From: Girardia tigrina
Lineage: Eukaryota
Reading direction: 5' to 3'
NCBI GenBank assembly: GCA_001938485.1
Contig: MQRK01231351.1
Coordinates: forward strand, 16,394 to 80,393
DNA length: 64,000 nt
Shown: one piece after another, positions 53,892 through 64,000 of the stretch
How positions within the stretch are numbered: position 1 is the first letter of the stretch
How the letters are laid out: each line of letters opens with the position of its first letter
The notes under the pieces: model-generated
Seen by the model: the letters and a program-made list of their open reading frames with translations, nothing else
What the model was told of the DNA's origin: nothing
The model's database searches: none
Program-made: the position numbers and the translations under genes

Positions 53892-55670
53892 GGTATCACG
53901 TCAAAACGCCGCAAACAAAAACGCCGCGGGTAAAACGCCGCGGACAAAAACGCCGCGTGACAAAAACGCCGCATGACAAAAACGCCGCCGTTTCGACGCT
54001 GGGACATTTCAACGCCAGAAATTAGGAATTTGAGGAATAAAATGAAATAATTTGTTATTAATTAGGAATTTTAGGAATAAAATGATTAATTTGTTATTAA
54101 TTAGGAATTTTAGGAATAAAATGAAATAATTTGTTATTAATTAGGAATTTTAGGAATAAAATGAAATAATTTATTTTTAATTAGGAATTTTAGGAATAAA
54201 ATGAAATAATTTNNNNNNNNNNNNNNNNNNNNNNNNNNNNNNNNNNNNNNNNNNNNTTAATTAGGAATTTTAGGAATAAAATGAAATAATTTATTTTTAA
54301 TTAGGAATTTTAGGAATAAAATGAAATAATTTATTTTTAATTAGGAATTTTAGGAATAAAATGAAATAATTTATTTTTAATCAGGAATTTTAGGAATAAA
54401 ATGAAATAATTTATTTTTAATTAGGAATTTTAGGAATAAANNNNNNNNNNNNNNNNNNNNNNNNNNNNNNNNNNNNNNNNNNNNNNNNNNNNNNNNNNNN
54501 NNNNNNNNNNNNNNNNNNNNNNNNNNNNNNNNNNNNNNNNNNNNNNNNNNNNNNNNNNNNNNNNNNNNNNNNNNNNNNNNNNNNNNNNNNNNNNNNNNNN
54601 NNNNNNNNNNNNNNNNNNNNNNNNNNNNNNNNNNNNNNNNNNNNNNNNNNNNNNNNNNNNNNNNNNNNNNNNNNNNNNNNNNNNNNNNNNNNNNNNNNNN
54701 NNNNNNNNNNNNNNNNNNNNNNNNNNNNNNNNNNNNNNNNNNNNNNNNNNNNNNNNNNNNNNNNNNNNNNNNNNNNNNNNNNNNNNNNNNNNNNNNNNNN
54801 NNNNNNNNNNNNNNNNNNNNNNNNNNNNNNNNNNNNNNNNNNNNNNNNNNNNNNNNNNNNNNNNNNNNNNNNNNNNNNNNNNNNNNNNNNNNNNNNNNNN
54901 NNNNNNNNNNNNNNNNNNNNNNNNNNNNNNNNNNNNNNNNNNNNNNNNNNNNNNNNNNNNNNNNNNNNNNNNNNNNNNNNNNNNNNNNNNNNNNNNNNNN
55001 NNNNNNNNNNNNNNNNNNNNNNNNNNNNNNNNNNNNNNNNNNNNNNNNNNNNNNNNNNNNNNNNNNNNNNNNNNNNNNNNNNNNNNNNNNNNNNNNNNNN
55101 NNNNNNNNNNNNNNNNNNNNNNNNNNNNNNNNNNNNNNNNNNNNNNNNNNNNNNNNNNNNNNNNNNNNNNNNNNNNNNNNNNNNNNNNNNNNNNNNNNNN
55201 NNNNNNNNNNNNNNNNNNNNNNNNNNNNNCCAATTAATAACAAATTATTTCATTTATTCCTAAAATTCCTAATTCATTTCAAATTATTTCATTTTATTCC
55301 TAAAATTCCTAATTAATAACAAATTATTTCATTTTATTCCTAAAATTCGTAATTAATAACAAATTATTTCATTTTATTCCTCAAATTCCTAATTTCTGGC
55401 GTTGAAATGTCCCAGTGTCGAAACGGCGGCGTCTTTGTCCGCGGCGTTTTTGTCTGCGGCGTTTTACGCGCGGCGTTTTTGTTCGCAGCGTTTTTGTACG
55501 CGGCGTTTTTGTTCGCGGCGTTTTTTCACACGTCGTTTTTGTTCGCGGCGTTTTTGTCTGCGGCGTTTTTGTCCGCGACGTTTTTGTTCGCGGCGTTTTT
55601 GTCACGCGGCGTTTTTGTTCGCGGAGTTTAGTCCGCGGCGTTTTTGTTCGCGGCGTTTTGTCGTGGAACC
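53892..55670. mobile_element. Mutator/foldback-type element with modular long TIRs (15-bp AAAACGCCGC repeats plus 40-bp satellite)
   Basis: GGTATCACG...CGTGGAACC termini, mirror-image arms, perfect 9-bp TSD ATTTTTATA; centre is a gap. Confidence 0.9.
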
Positions 55671-55699
55671 ATTTTTATAACTTCAATGAGCACCTCATA

Positions 55700-56380
55700 G
55701 GATCAATGCAAATTCTAAAGTACATCTTTCCGAGAAAAGTCCAATACTGGGTCTAGACGAAGAACATTGCTGTCCTTAACTAGCCAGACTTGATTCTGGA
55801 TCGATTTCACATAGAATACTTGAATAGAACGATAAATATTGCTAATCTTCAGACAACTAATCTCTCACATTTGAAGAAGATCATGGTAGATGGGGAGAAC
55901 CTCAGTGTCACTCCAAAGGAAGTTGGATGAGAACATACTGCGAAAAATTGGCACTTCTCAATTCTAAAGATGAATATACCAAATATTGACTGCTATAACC
56001 AAGATAAAATAATTCGTAGGAAATGTATTGTACAATATGCTGCTTACTAGTCTCTGGAAGAACTAATTGGTTGCCATTGCTGCATTGCTGGATCGTTTGA
56101 AAGATGAGCAAAGACCATCTATATTGGTTCTCAAAAAAAGGCTTTTTCTTTTTTAACCTTATTCTCTAAACTTTGTCCCTACGGATTCTTAATGTTCCAA
56201 AACTTGAAAGTTCTTGAAAACTTAAAAGATATTCTTATTGACCATTGATGTCATCACTGCTGCCTAAATGTATTTTATAGCCTTTGTCAAATAATACTTT
56301 TCTAACGGGATGAAGAAATTGATAATCATATGATAAAATGTATAAGTCTCAAGTGGAGACTACAGAAAAAAATAATAATT
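55700..56380 (+). mobile_element. Highly decayed mariner remnant
   Basis: PYSLNFVPTDS (YSPDLAPxD-like) at ~56157 and a mariner-like C-terminus. Confidence 0.45.
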
Positions 56381-56440
56381 CTCAAAAAATGAAATTAATA
56401 TGCATATTAAGCTACTTAGACATATTATTTGGTTTTTTAG

Positions 56441-56527
56441 TTTGAGATCGACCAAGAGACAGCCGCTGCAGCTGTTACAATTCAAGCAACCATTAGAGGA
56501 CACTTAACTAGAAAACATTTAAAAGAG
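56441..56527 (+). CDS. Internal exon encoding an IQ calmodulin-binding motif
   Basis: ttttag|FEIDQETAAAAVTIQATIRGHLTRKHLKE|gttagt; 87 nt, phase 0-0; IQxxxRGxxxRK. Confidence 0.85.
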
Positions 56528-57599
56528 GTTAGTGATATTATTTTAAGAAATTTTTTATTGTAAAGCGTTATAAAATTTATTTATTTCAATCTTCAAGTAA
56601 CAAAATTTTTTGTTTTATGATAAAAGAAACTCAAAGTAACTCTGAGTATCTCTGTCATCTAGAATTTAGGACTCACTTGCTCTTTTATGTCTGTTTCAAC
56701 CACAAAGATTTCATCACGCACTTGTGAAGGAACTGATTCCTCAAATCTCTTCTCATCTTTATTTTTTATATTTTATTAAAATAAAAACTTATTTATTTCT
56801 TTTAATTGAAAGAAGAGAAATTAAATTTCTTTTCGTTTGACTTCATGGGGAAATCTTTCAACATTTTTTTTATTTTAATGTAAAATTACTTTTTTGTTTC
56901 AATTTCTTTTCTTTCATTTGAATTAAACATCTTAATGAAGAAAAATTAAAAATATATCACTTTAATTTCTTGGAGCTTCGTCTATGTCACTTAAGATTTC
57001 CATTAAAATAATTTAGTCATAGTGATTTTTGATAATTTTAATGGTACTCATATATTATTTACTACTCATATTTTCACTTATTAGAATGACCACCCGAACA
57101 TGTTCATTTGGTTTTATGCTTATAGTTTACCAAAATATTTATAGTTCGAAAATTTAAGTTGCAACTTAAACCGTTCTCGGGTTATTTTTTTGAAAATCTT
57201 TGAATGAACTCAACTGAGTCTTAAAAAGAAGGGTGATTAATTGTATTTTTAATTGTATTTGTAAGGCAGTACCAGTGGTCCTAGTGCTTCACAAAATAAC
57301 TTAGATGAAGAATATACAAAATCTTCGAACACGATCACGATGCATGACATGTCAGTGCCCCTCGATAGTACCGCTGAGACGGACTCAGGAGTGATTTCAA
57401 GGGTGGTCCTCGACTTTCGGTTAAGTAATACAAATGATGTGGGGATATTTCGGTGTCCCTTTACAACTTGTTCACAGAAAGACTCGTTCAACACTACTTT
57501 GTGGAATATGATTAGGAAAAATAGACCAAAATAATCAATGATCTTAGTTCATTTTTTATTTTATCTTCTGTTATTTCGTGAGTAATGTAAATATTATAA

Positions 57600-57917
57600 A
57601 GAAGGTGGCTTGGACCATCAGAAAGGAGCTCTGTCCTGACACAGTTTGCATCAAATGAATTAGTTAATTCTACGAATGAGATTTATCAGCAACAATCGGC
57701 GATTTTGGAGCTGCTGTTGACGGAGCAAAATTTTTTGAAGCAAATTCAGTTTATTGTTCAGGTTTACGTACTGAGCTTTGAAATTTTAAAGTTGGAGTTC
57801 TTTCCAAACATTTCTTCTGAAGAAATATTCCTCAACCTAAAATCATATTTCATATGCAATTCCACTTATATTTCCAATGACGATTGTCGCGATTTCAAAG
57901 AATTTTTCAATTATTAG
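57600..57917 (+). pseudogene. Possible RhoGEF DH-domain N-terminal fragment, truncated by a mariner
   Basis: QQSAILELLLTEQNFLKQIQFIVQVY..EEIFLNL resembles DH helix 1 (ELLxTExxY..IFxNL). Confidence 0.4.
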
Positions 57918-58800
57918 GGTGAACCAAAAGTCTTTTCGTATTTTTTATTAAAAATTTAAACATAATTTTACAACAAATGAAAAACATTTAAGTTTCAAAG
58001 TAAAGGCCATTTGAATCTATAGCTTGAATCCAACTATGGCAGTGGTGGCCAAACTGGGTGACGCGACACCCTAGGGTGATTTTTAAAAAGATTTTTACGC
58101 GTAAGTAATTGTTTTATCATACTACTAACGCCTTGTTACAATTCACCAAATGTAACAATTCACCAAAAATTTAATGCAAAGGCATATGGGTGTCGCGAAA
58201 TTTTTCCGTTTACAAAAAGGTGTGGCGGCGCAAAAAAGGTTGGCCACCACTGATCTATGGGCAAGTTGTACGATCCCGCTGCGGTACCAATCCTTGTTCT
58301 TAGAAGCGAAGAACTGGTGACTTTCGTTTTTGACCTCGGCCAGATTATTGAAGCTGCGACCACGAAGAAAGTGTGCCATAGATCGGAAAAGGTGATAGTC
58401 GGATGGCGCAAGATCCGGACTATATGCTGGGTGTGGAAGAAGTTCAAAGGCGTCGAGATTTTTGATTTTTTCTTTTGTTTGTTTGGTGGTGTGCGGTTTT
58501 GCATTGTCCTGTTGTAGAAGAACTCGCTTTCAACTGATCAAAGTGGGGTATTTCTTGCCAAGTGCGCATACATTCGATCAAGTTGGGCGCAGTTAAGGTC
58601 AGCGTCGATGGTACGACCATTTGGAACCAGCTTGAAGTGAATCGCGCCTCCGAAATTCCACCAAACACACAAAAGTGCCTTCCTTGAGAAACGATCTCGT
58701 TTCGCTACTGGTTTCGCCATTTGACCGGGGTCCAACCATTGATTTTGTTGGTCTGGATTACTGAAGTAAACCTACTTTTCATCGCTAGTAACAATGTGAC
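57914..58800 (-). mobile_element. 5'-truncated mariner interrupted by a hAT MITE
   Basis: IVTSDEK, LLCVWWNFGG, DNAKPH, YSPDLAPSDYHLF; 3' TIR TTAGGGTGAACC after TA. Confidence 0.85.
58040..58252. mobile_element. hAT (Charlie-like) MITE
   Basis: TIR CAGTGGTGGCCAA / TTGGCCACCACTG; 8-bp TSD AACTATGG/ATCTATGG. Confidence 0.85.
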
Positions 58801-59019
58801 TGCATAATGGATCGTATGTAATCCAAAATAATTTTTCATAATTTTATTATCCTAACTTCTTAGCTTACCATATATGGACCAAACTGTTTTTTGGATATTC
58901 TACATGAAAAAATAAAAAAATATATAATATAGGAAAAGAGAAATAAAGATTATTATTATTAAAATAAAAAAAATCATGCAGTAAAGGGTTAAAATACAAT
59001 GTAATAAATTATTTGATGG

Positions 59020-59700
59020 TGTAAGTAAAATAATTGAGAAAAGGATGATTTTAAATCCGATATAGGAACGAATGAGAGGCATAATTGTGGTTACACATTA
59101 ACTGTTCTTTATTCTGAAGGTCTTAAAAAATTCAAATCTTTTATTATAATATCAATTAAGACTATGAATACTATGAATTTAAAAATCGTATCAAAAACAT
59201 ATAAAATCCAGAATAAGTTCAGTAATAAATCGAAAACTCCTTTGAGTTTATGCTCGGATCTTGCGCATAAATTTGATTGTAATGGGTGCAACGCCACATA
59301 AATTGAAGAGACAGTCATTCATCTCTGTAAACGGGTTCGTGAGCATAGACATTACTAAGTGGTAGTAGTAATATTGCTGAACATAAAAAAACATTGTAAA
59401 TCTTCTGTTAAAATAAATAATTTTAAAGTTTTATGCAACAATTTTTTAAATTATTGGGAAAGATTCTCATGTGAGGCATTAATAATAAAAGTGGTTAATC
59501 CAGCAATTAATTTCCAATCAAGTCACTTATCAACTTTGTTGAAAGTGTTTACGTGAAACAATAATTACATAATTGATTATGTAACCATCATTTTAACATA
59601 TATAAGGTTAGCAGCTTGAATTAGAATCGCCTGATGATAACGGATATTCCGTCGAAATGTATTACAATAATAAAAAAATTATTTTAAAATGGCGTCTTTT
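59020..59700 (+). mobile_element. Penelope-like 3' fragment (GIY-YIG + pLTR) with a hammerhead-like motif at 59626-59668
   Basis: KFDCNGCNAT, RVREH, EALIIKVVNPAINFQ; CTGATGA-T-AACGGA TAT TCCGTC-GAAA. Confidence 0.8.
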
Positions 59701-60093
59701 AATTTTTAATTCTGTAAAATTATTGTAATTTAAAAATATAATAAATTCAATTCGTAAAAATAACCATTTCAATAAATAACATATCAGTATTTAAAATTAA
59801 GTATTTTTACGTATAATCAATCTGGTCAAAAAGAAAAAAGAAAAAATCCTCAGCAATAACAGTTTGAATAATTGTTAATTGTAATAGAAATCAAGTTTTG
59901 CGTTCTTGTGAATTCAATTATTGATTACTAAATATAATCCTAAAATTAAAATCCTTTTAATCGAAGAAAGTCTAGCAAAAGGTTGTTTGGATTGAGCTTA
60001 GTTGTATTTAAATATTTGATCTTTATCAGTTCATCTTCTTTTTTAATATTTCTTTTTTGCTCACTGATCATTAATCAATTTTAGGACTTTTAA

Positions 60094-60325
60094 CCCTACA
60101 ATACGCAATTTTTTTAATTATCAGTATTAATACGGCCAGTATTACAAACTGAACTGTCATTTTTGTTGACAAAATATATTGCATCTATGACTTTATGGGT
60201 AGTTATCATTCCATAGACAATGTTTTTGGTTCACAGTATGTAAACACTCAAAGAATATCACGTGATTAAAAGATATTGAGGTAAAATATGGTTGATTCAA
60301 ATATGAATCACGGCGCATTGTAGGG
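60094..60325. mobile_element. TTAA-target (piggyBac-type) MITE
   Basis: TTAA-CCCTACAATACGC...GCGCATTGTAGGG-TTAA. Confidence 0.8.
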
Positions 60326-60518
60326 TTAATAATATTTGTCTCATTTTTTCACATGTTATAAAAAAGTAATTTTCAGAATAAAATTTTATTAAAATATTAT
60401 CTTAAATTAACGACTATAAACTTTTAATGTAAGTTATATTTTAATTTTTATTTTTCTGTTATTAACTTGTATTATTTGCCAATTATCATTAAAGTTATGT
60501 TAAATATTTCCATTGCAG

Positions 60519-60540
60519 AATCGTGCTCTTGAAGCTCAAA
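60519..60540 (+). CDS. 22-nt microexon of the IQ-motif gene (NRALEAQ+A)
   Basis: ttgcag|...|gtaag; phase 0-1 bridges the IQ exon and the 61354 exon in frame. Confidence 0.65.
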
Positions 60541-61353
60541 GTAAGAATTCATTTCACTTGAAATTTTCAATTATTTATATTTCATATATTTTATATATTG
60601 AAATTTTTATTTTAAAAAATTTTTAACTGTATTTATGAAGATTATTTATTTCATTTTTCTTGAGAAATTTAAAAAATAATTTTTAAAAATGTTACTAGAA
60701 AATTTTTTGTAAATTTCTGAAAGAATTTAATCTTTATATGTGTATATTTTTAATTTTTTTAAAATAATTTTTTATATATTTTTATTAATAACTTACAGAG
60801 CAAATATTGAGGCTTTTGTGTATTATGTCAAGAAATCTTTTCTTTAACATTACGAAGAAGTATATTTGACTTGTTTTTTCTATTTTTTCAAAGTATACAA
60901 CAGTGAGTTTCTTAATTTAATATATCAGATTCAACCAAATCGATCTCATCGGGGGCCCCTCATATAGTATCCGTGGTACCAATACGTTTTACAAAACTTA
61001 TAAATGAGCAAAGAGATTTCAATTCCTCGAAATTCATAACAAGTCATAAAAAATATCAACATGTAAATTCATTCGTAAAAATATTGTAAGTCCACAATTA
61101 CAAGCGAAAATAGCACCCCATGATTTCGTAAATGGAACCCGTACAAAGTCCGAATTAGTTTTTAATCGGCAAACACTGTTTCGGTGACCATAATCAAGAT
61201 TTCTTCAAAAATACCATTTCGATTATTAAAGCAAACGTTTTACTTTATAATTTTTACTGTATGTATATGGATTGTGAAAACAAGAATTTGTTTCAGAAGT
61301 CTTTTATCAAATAATTATTTATAATTTAAATAAATCCAATGATTAAATTACAG

Positions 61354-61602
61354 AAAAAATGGAAATGGAAATGAAAATCAAAATGAATGATATGAATGAA
61401 GATAAAAAGGAACAAGAGTCTTATGTTAATGAAGACGAAGTAAACATCATGACAGACAATGAAAATAATGAAGAAACATCGGAAAGAGTAATAGAAAGCC
61501 GTAAAGGTACTCCACTAGAGGAAAATGAAGAGGATGTAGATGAACCTTTGGATATTGAAGATGTGATTAACCCTGAAGTAGCATTCGTTGAAGGGCATAA
61601 AG
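61354..61602 (+). CDS. Acidic (E/D-rich) exon of the IQ-motif gene
   Basis: tacag|KKMEMEMKIKMNDMNEDKKEQ...VEGHK|gtttgt; phase 1 entry matches the microexon. Confidence 0.75.
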
Positions 61603-62079
61603 GTTTGTTAAATGTAAAACTAAAATAGTTTAACAAGTAATAACAACGCTCGGCTTATGTATCATGCATTAACTCATTTTTTGGTTTTGTGGTGAATATT
61701 TTAGAACATAACTTGCTTGGTGTTTATTTGTCAATATTTCTATAGTTTAATTTAAAAACCTTAAGTCGGATGCAAATATTCCGAGAGAAAATAATTGTTG
61801 TTGTCCTCAAAAATTCTCCATAGTGAATTCATAGTGATAACATCCAGTTATACCATAACCATCAATGAATCGTTTGTCTACCTCCCAATTATCATAAGCC
61901 ACGCTTTATTATGATTATTTTTAACTGTCATACCGATAATTCAATTTTTATGTGTAACTTTTATCCAGAATTTGATTTAATTAATCAGTCTTTCATTTCC
62001 TGTAATAAATGAGTATGTTTTGTTTAAAGCACGACAATGTTATTGTTATGCATGTTGTTACATGTATCACAATGCGACC

Positions 62080-62480
62080 ACATAATAGATTTCTACCGTC
62101 CCAAACTAGTATGTAAGTATACAGTACCAGTCAATGTCAGCGGATTTTTGTCGCATGGAGAAAATCAACAAATCGATTTCCATAACATTACCTGCGACGC
62201 ATCCAACCGGAGCACTAATCATTTATCGGGTTTTCAGGTTTAGTCGGTACTGGAAGATCGTCTCACATGGCACTCACGCCGACGAATTTCCATCAAACTA
62301 CCGACACCTAAACCACTCGCATAGTGAGTTTCACCCGATGATTGTTTAGTAGCGGTCTAAACATGGAATCAACATTTGTTCGGCAAATCTCATGTTGATG
62401 ATTTCAGTTGACACATTTTTACTGGTACAGAAATATACTTATTACTGATTTGGGACCCCAGAAAACAATCTATTTATGTC
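62080..62480 (+). ncRNA. Candidate ~400-nt intronic multibranched structured RNA
   Basis: Basal GTCCCAAA/TTTGGGAC, TAAGTATA/TATACTTA, GTACCAGT/ACTGGTAC; branches ATCGGGT/ACCCGAT, GGTTTAG/CTAAACC, TCGGTA/TACCGA, GTCGCA/TGCGAC, TGTTTAG/CTAAACA, ATCAACAT/ATGTTGAT. Confidence 0.7.
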
Positions 62481-62615
62481 ATACCACTAATACCAACAAT
62501 CCTGAAACAACCTTATGTTGATCATTCTAAACAATAAATTTTCCAGATTATTTTTGTGTTTATTAATTTATTTAGTTAATGGAAGATAGAGATCCACTCG
62601 CTCACATTTTCCATT

Positions 62616-62659
<44 letters not shown>

Positions 62660-62709
62660 NNNNNNNNNNNNNNNNNNNNNNNNNNNNNNNNNNNNNNNNN
62701 NNNNNNNNN

Positions 62710-62992
62710 TATATATATATATATATATTGAAGTCTTTTTATTCCATCGAACTTGGAACACTTACTCATTCTCGATGACAATAAATGATTATGTAAAAAT
62801 TTGATCGAAAAAAACTTTTTAAGATCCCCAAATTGGAAAAAACGGAAAATTCGGAGTTCCTGAACAATATTAATTGCAAGTTATCTACTTATAAATTATA
62901 AGTAGTTTACATTAATTTTTAATGTTTTTTAATTAAAATTTTTTAAATTTTAAAAACTTTGTCGGCAAAGTAGAGTTCTGTCTGCAACTAAT
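62710..62992 (+). repeat. Shorter copy of the (TA)n-headed interspersed repeat
   Basis: CTTACTCATTCTCGATGACAATAAATGATTATG core; ends GTAGAGTTCTGTCTGC-AACTAA (hairpin + CTRR-like). Confidence 0.7.
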
Positions 62993-63467
62993 GTTTCTCA
63001 TTTAAAATTCATTTGGAGAGATATAATCGGTATAATGGTGGAAAATGTCACTGACATCGAAGCTGAGAGACGAGGTTATGGCGAAATCGAAAACTGACTG
63101 TGTAGTGAAAGCTGATCATGTGTAGAAATTTAAGTACTATCGATTATATGATAACTCGTATATTGGAGAGACAGTTGTCATTTATAAACGAAGAATACTG
63201 AGCATTAGCAGTCAAGTTGATCGTGTAAGATTGTAGATAAGATTGTTCTTTAATGATGTTTTCTATTTAAAACATTATTTTATTTATAGAGATTATGACA
63301 AATTTCTTTACATGTAAATTTAAGTATAAGATATAATACGTATTATCATACATGTAAGATGCATCCCGGCTTTAAAACAAACATTTTTTGCATTTTTAAG
63401 CTCATAATTTTTATAAAATAAAATAAAATTTTATTGTATTTTTTCTATTATTTTTATTAGCTTTCTT

Positions 63468-63870
63468 TCTATATGTATCCATGGAATTTAGAAACCTATT
63501 TTTGAAGGCTTTTTACTCAATCAATTTTTTTCAAACTTTTCACATTTACTCATTCTCGATGACAATAAATGACTATGTAAAAATTTGATCAAAAAATTTT
63601 TATAGTCTCAAAATTGGAACAAAACAGTCCCATCTGAGTGCCTGAACAATATTAGCATAAAAAAATCTACTGATAAATTATAAGTAGTTTATATTACGCA
63701 AAAAAAATAAATTGAAAAATAAATAAATCCAGTAAACCGATTTTAAGTCCAACTAGTAAATCGAAAAAAATATTTTTATATCCATACTTTATGCGGGAAG
63801 TACTCTGCTTGGCGAACAGATTTTTTAAATTTTTTATTGTGTTTTTTTTCGAAAATATTTTTTTTAATTT
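63468..63870 (+). repeat. Uninterrupted copy of the repeat: empty site for the RLE retroelement
   Basis: Joins the 48807-48847 and 52142+ sequences contiguously (TTTACTCAATCAATTTTTT). Confidence 0.8.
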
Positions 63871-64000
63871 CTATAAATAAAACAAAAAAGCAATTAAAAA
63901 GAGTATAAAATTGAAAATAAATATTTCCCTTGAAACGATTCGAACGCTCAACTATCACCTTCACATGAGAAAAAAATATTCGTGAAAACACTGACACATG

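Noticed and set aside
55381-55756. Repetitive Arg/Phe-rich ORFs and a CRISPR-like repeat array
   Set aside because: 15-bp tandem units within a foldback TIR; no unique spacers, no cas genes, eukaryotic context
62394-62450. Box C (TGATGA) to box D (CTGA) snoRNA
   Set aside because: The segment is sequestered in the long basal stem, no rRNA antisense element was recognised, and such motifs are frequent by chance

Overview
Very AT-rich eukaryotic (metazoan-type) scaffold with assembly gaps; the TE mix would fit a flatworm-like genome, but the taxon cannot be fixed from sequence alone. About half the window is a nested transposon graveyard: several DD34D mariners (one with ~125-bp TIRs nested in another), DD37D maT elements, hAT, Merlin, TTAA-type MITEs, a Mutator/foldback element with a 9-bp TSD, Ty3/gypsy remnants, four solo LTRs and four Penelope-like fragments, three of them carrying minimal hammerhead ribozyme motifs. 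A 5'-truncated NeSL-like RLE non-LTR retrotransposon with an apparently dead Ulp1-like domain sits inside a multicopy repeat whose empty site is also in the window. Host coding sequence is sparse: a possible terminal exon (3615-4097) and three phase-compatible exons of an acidic IQ-motif protein (56441-61602), all on +. The most unusual signal is that much of the non-TE DNA consists of 200-800 nt nested, multibranched fold-back domains. These share no obvious primary sequence, their G-U pairs favour the + strand, and one lies in each intron of the IQ gene. All folding was done by eye and needs computational confirmation.
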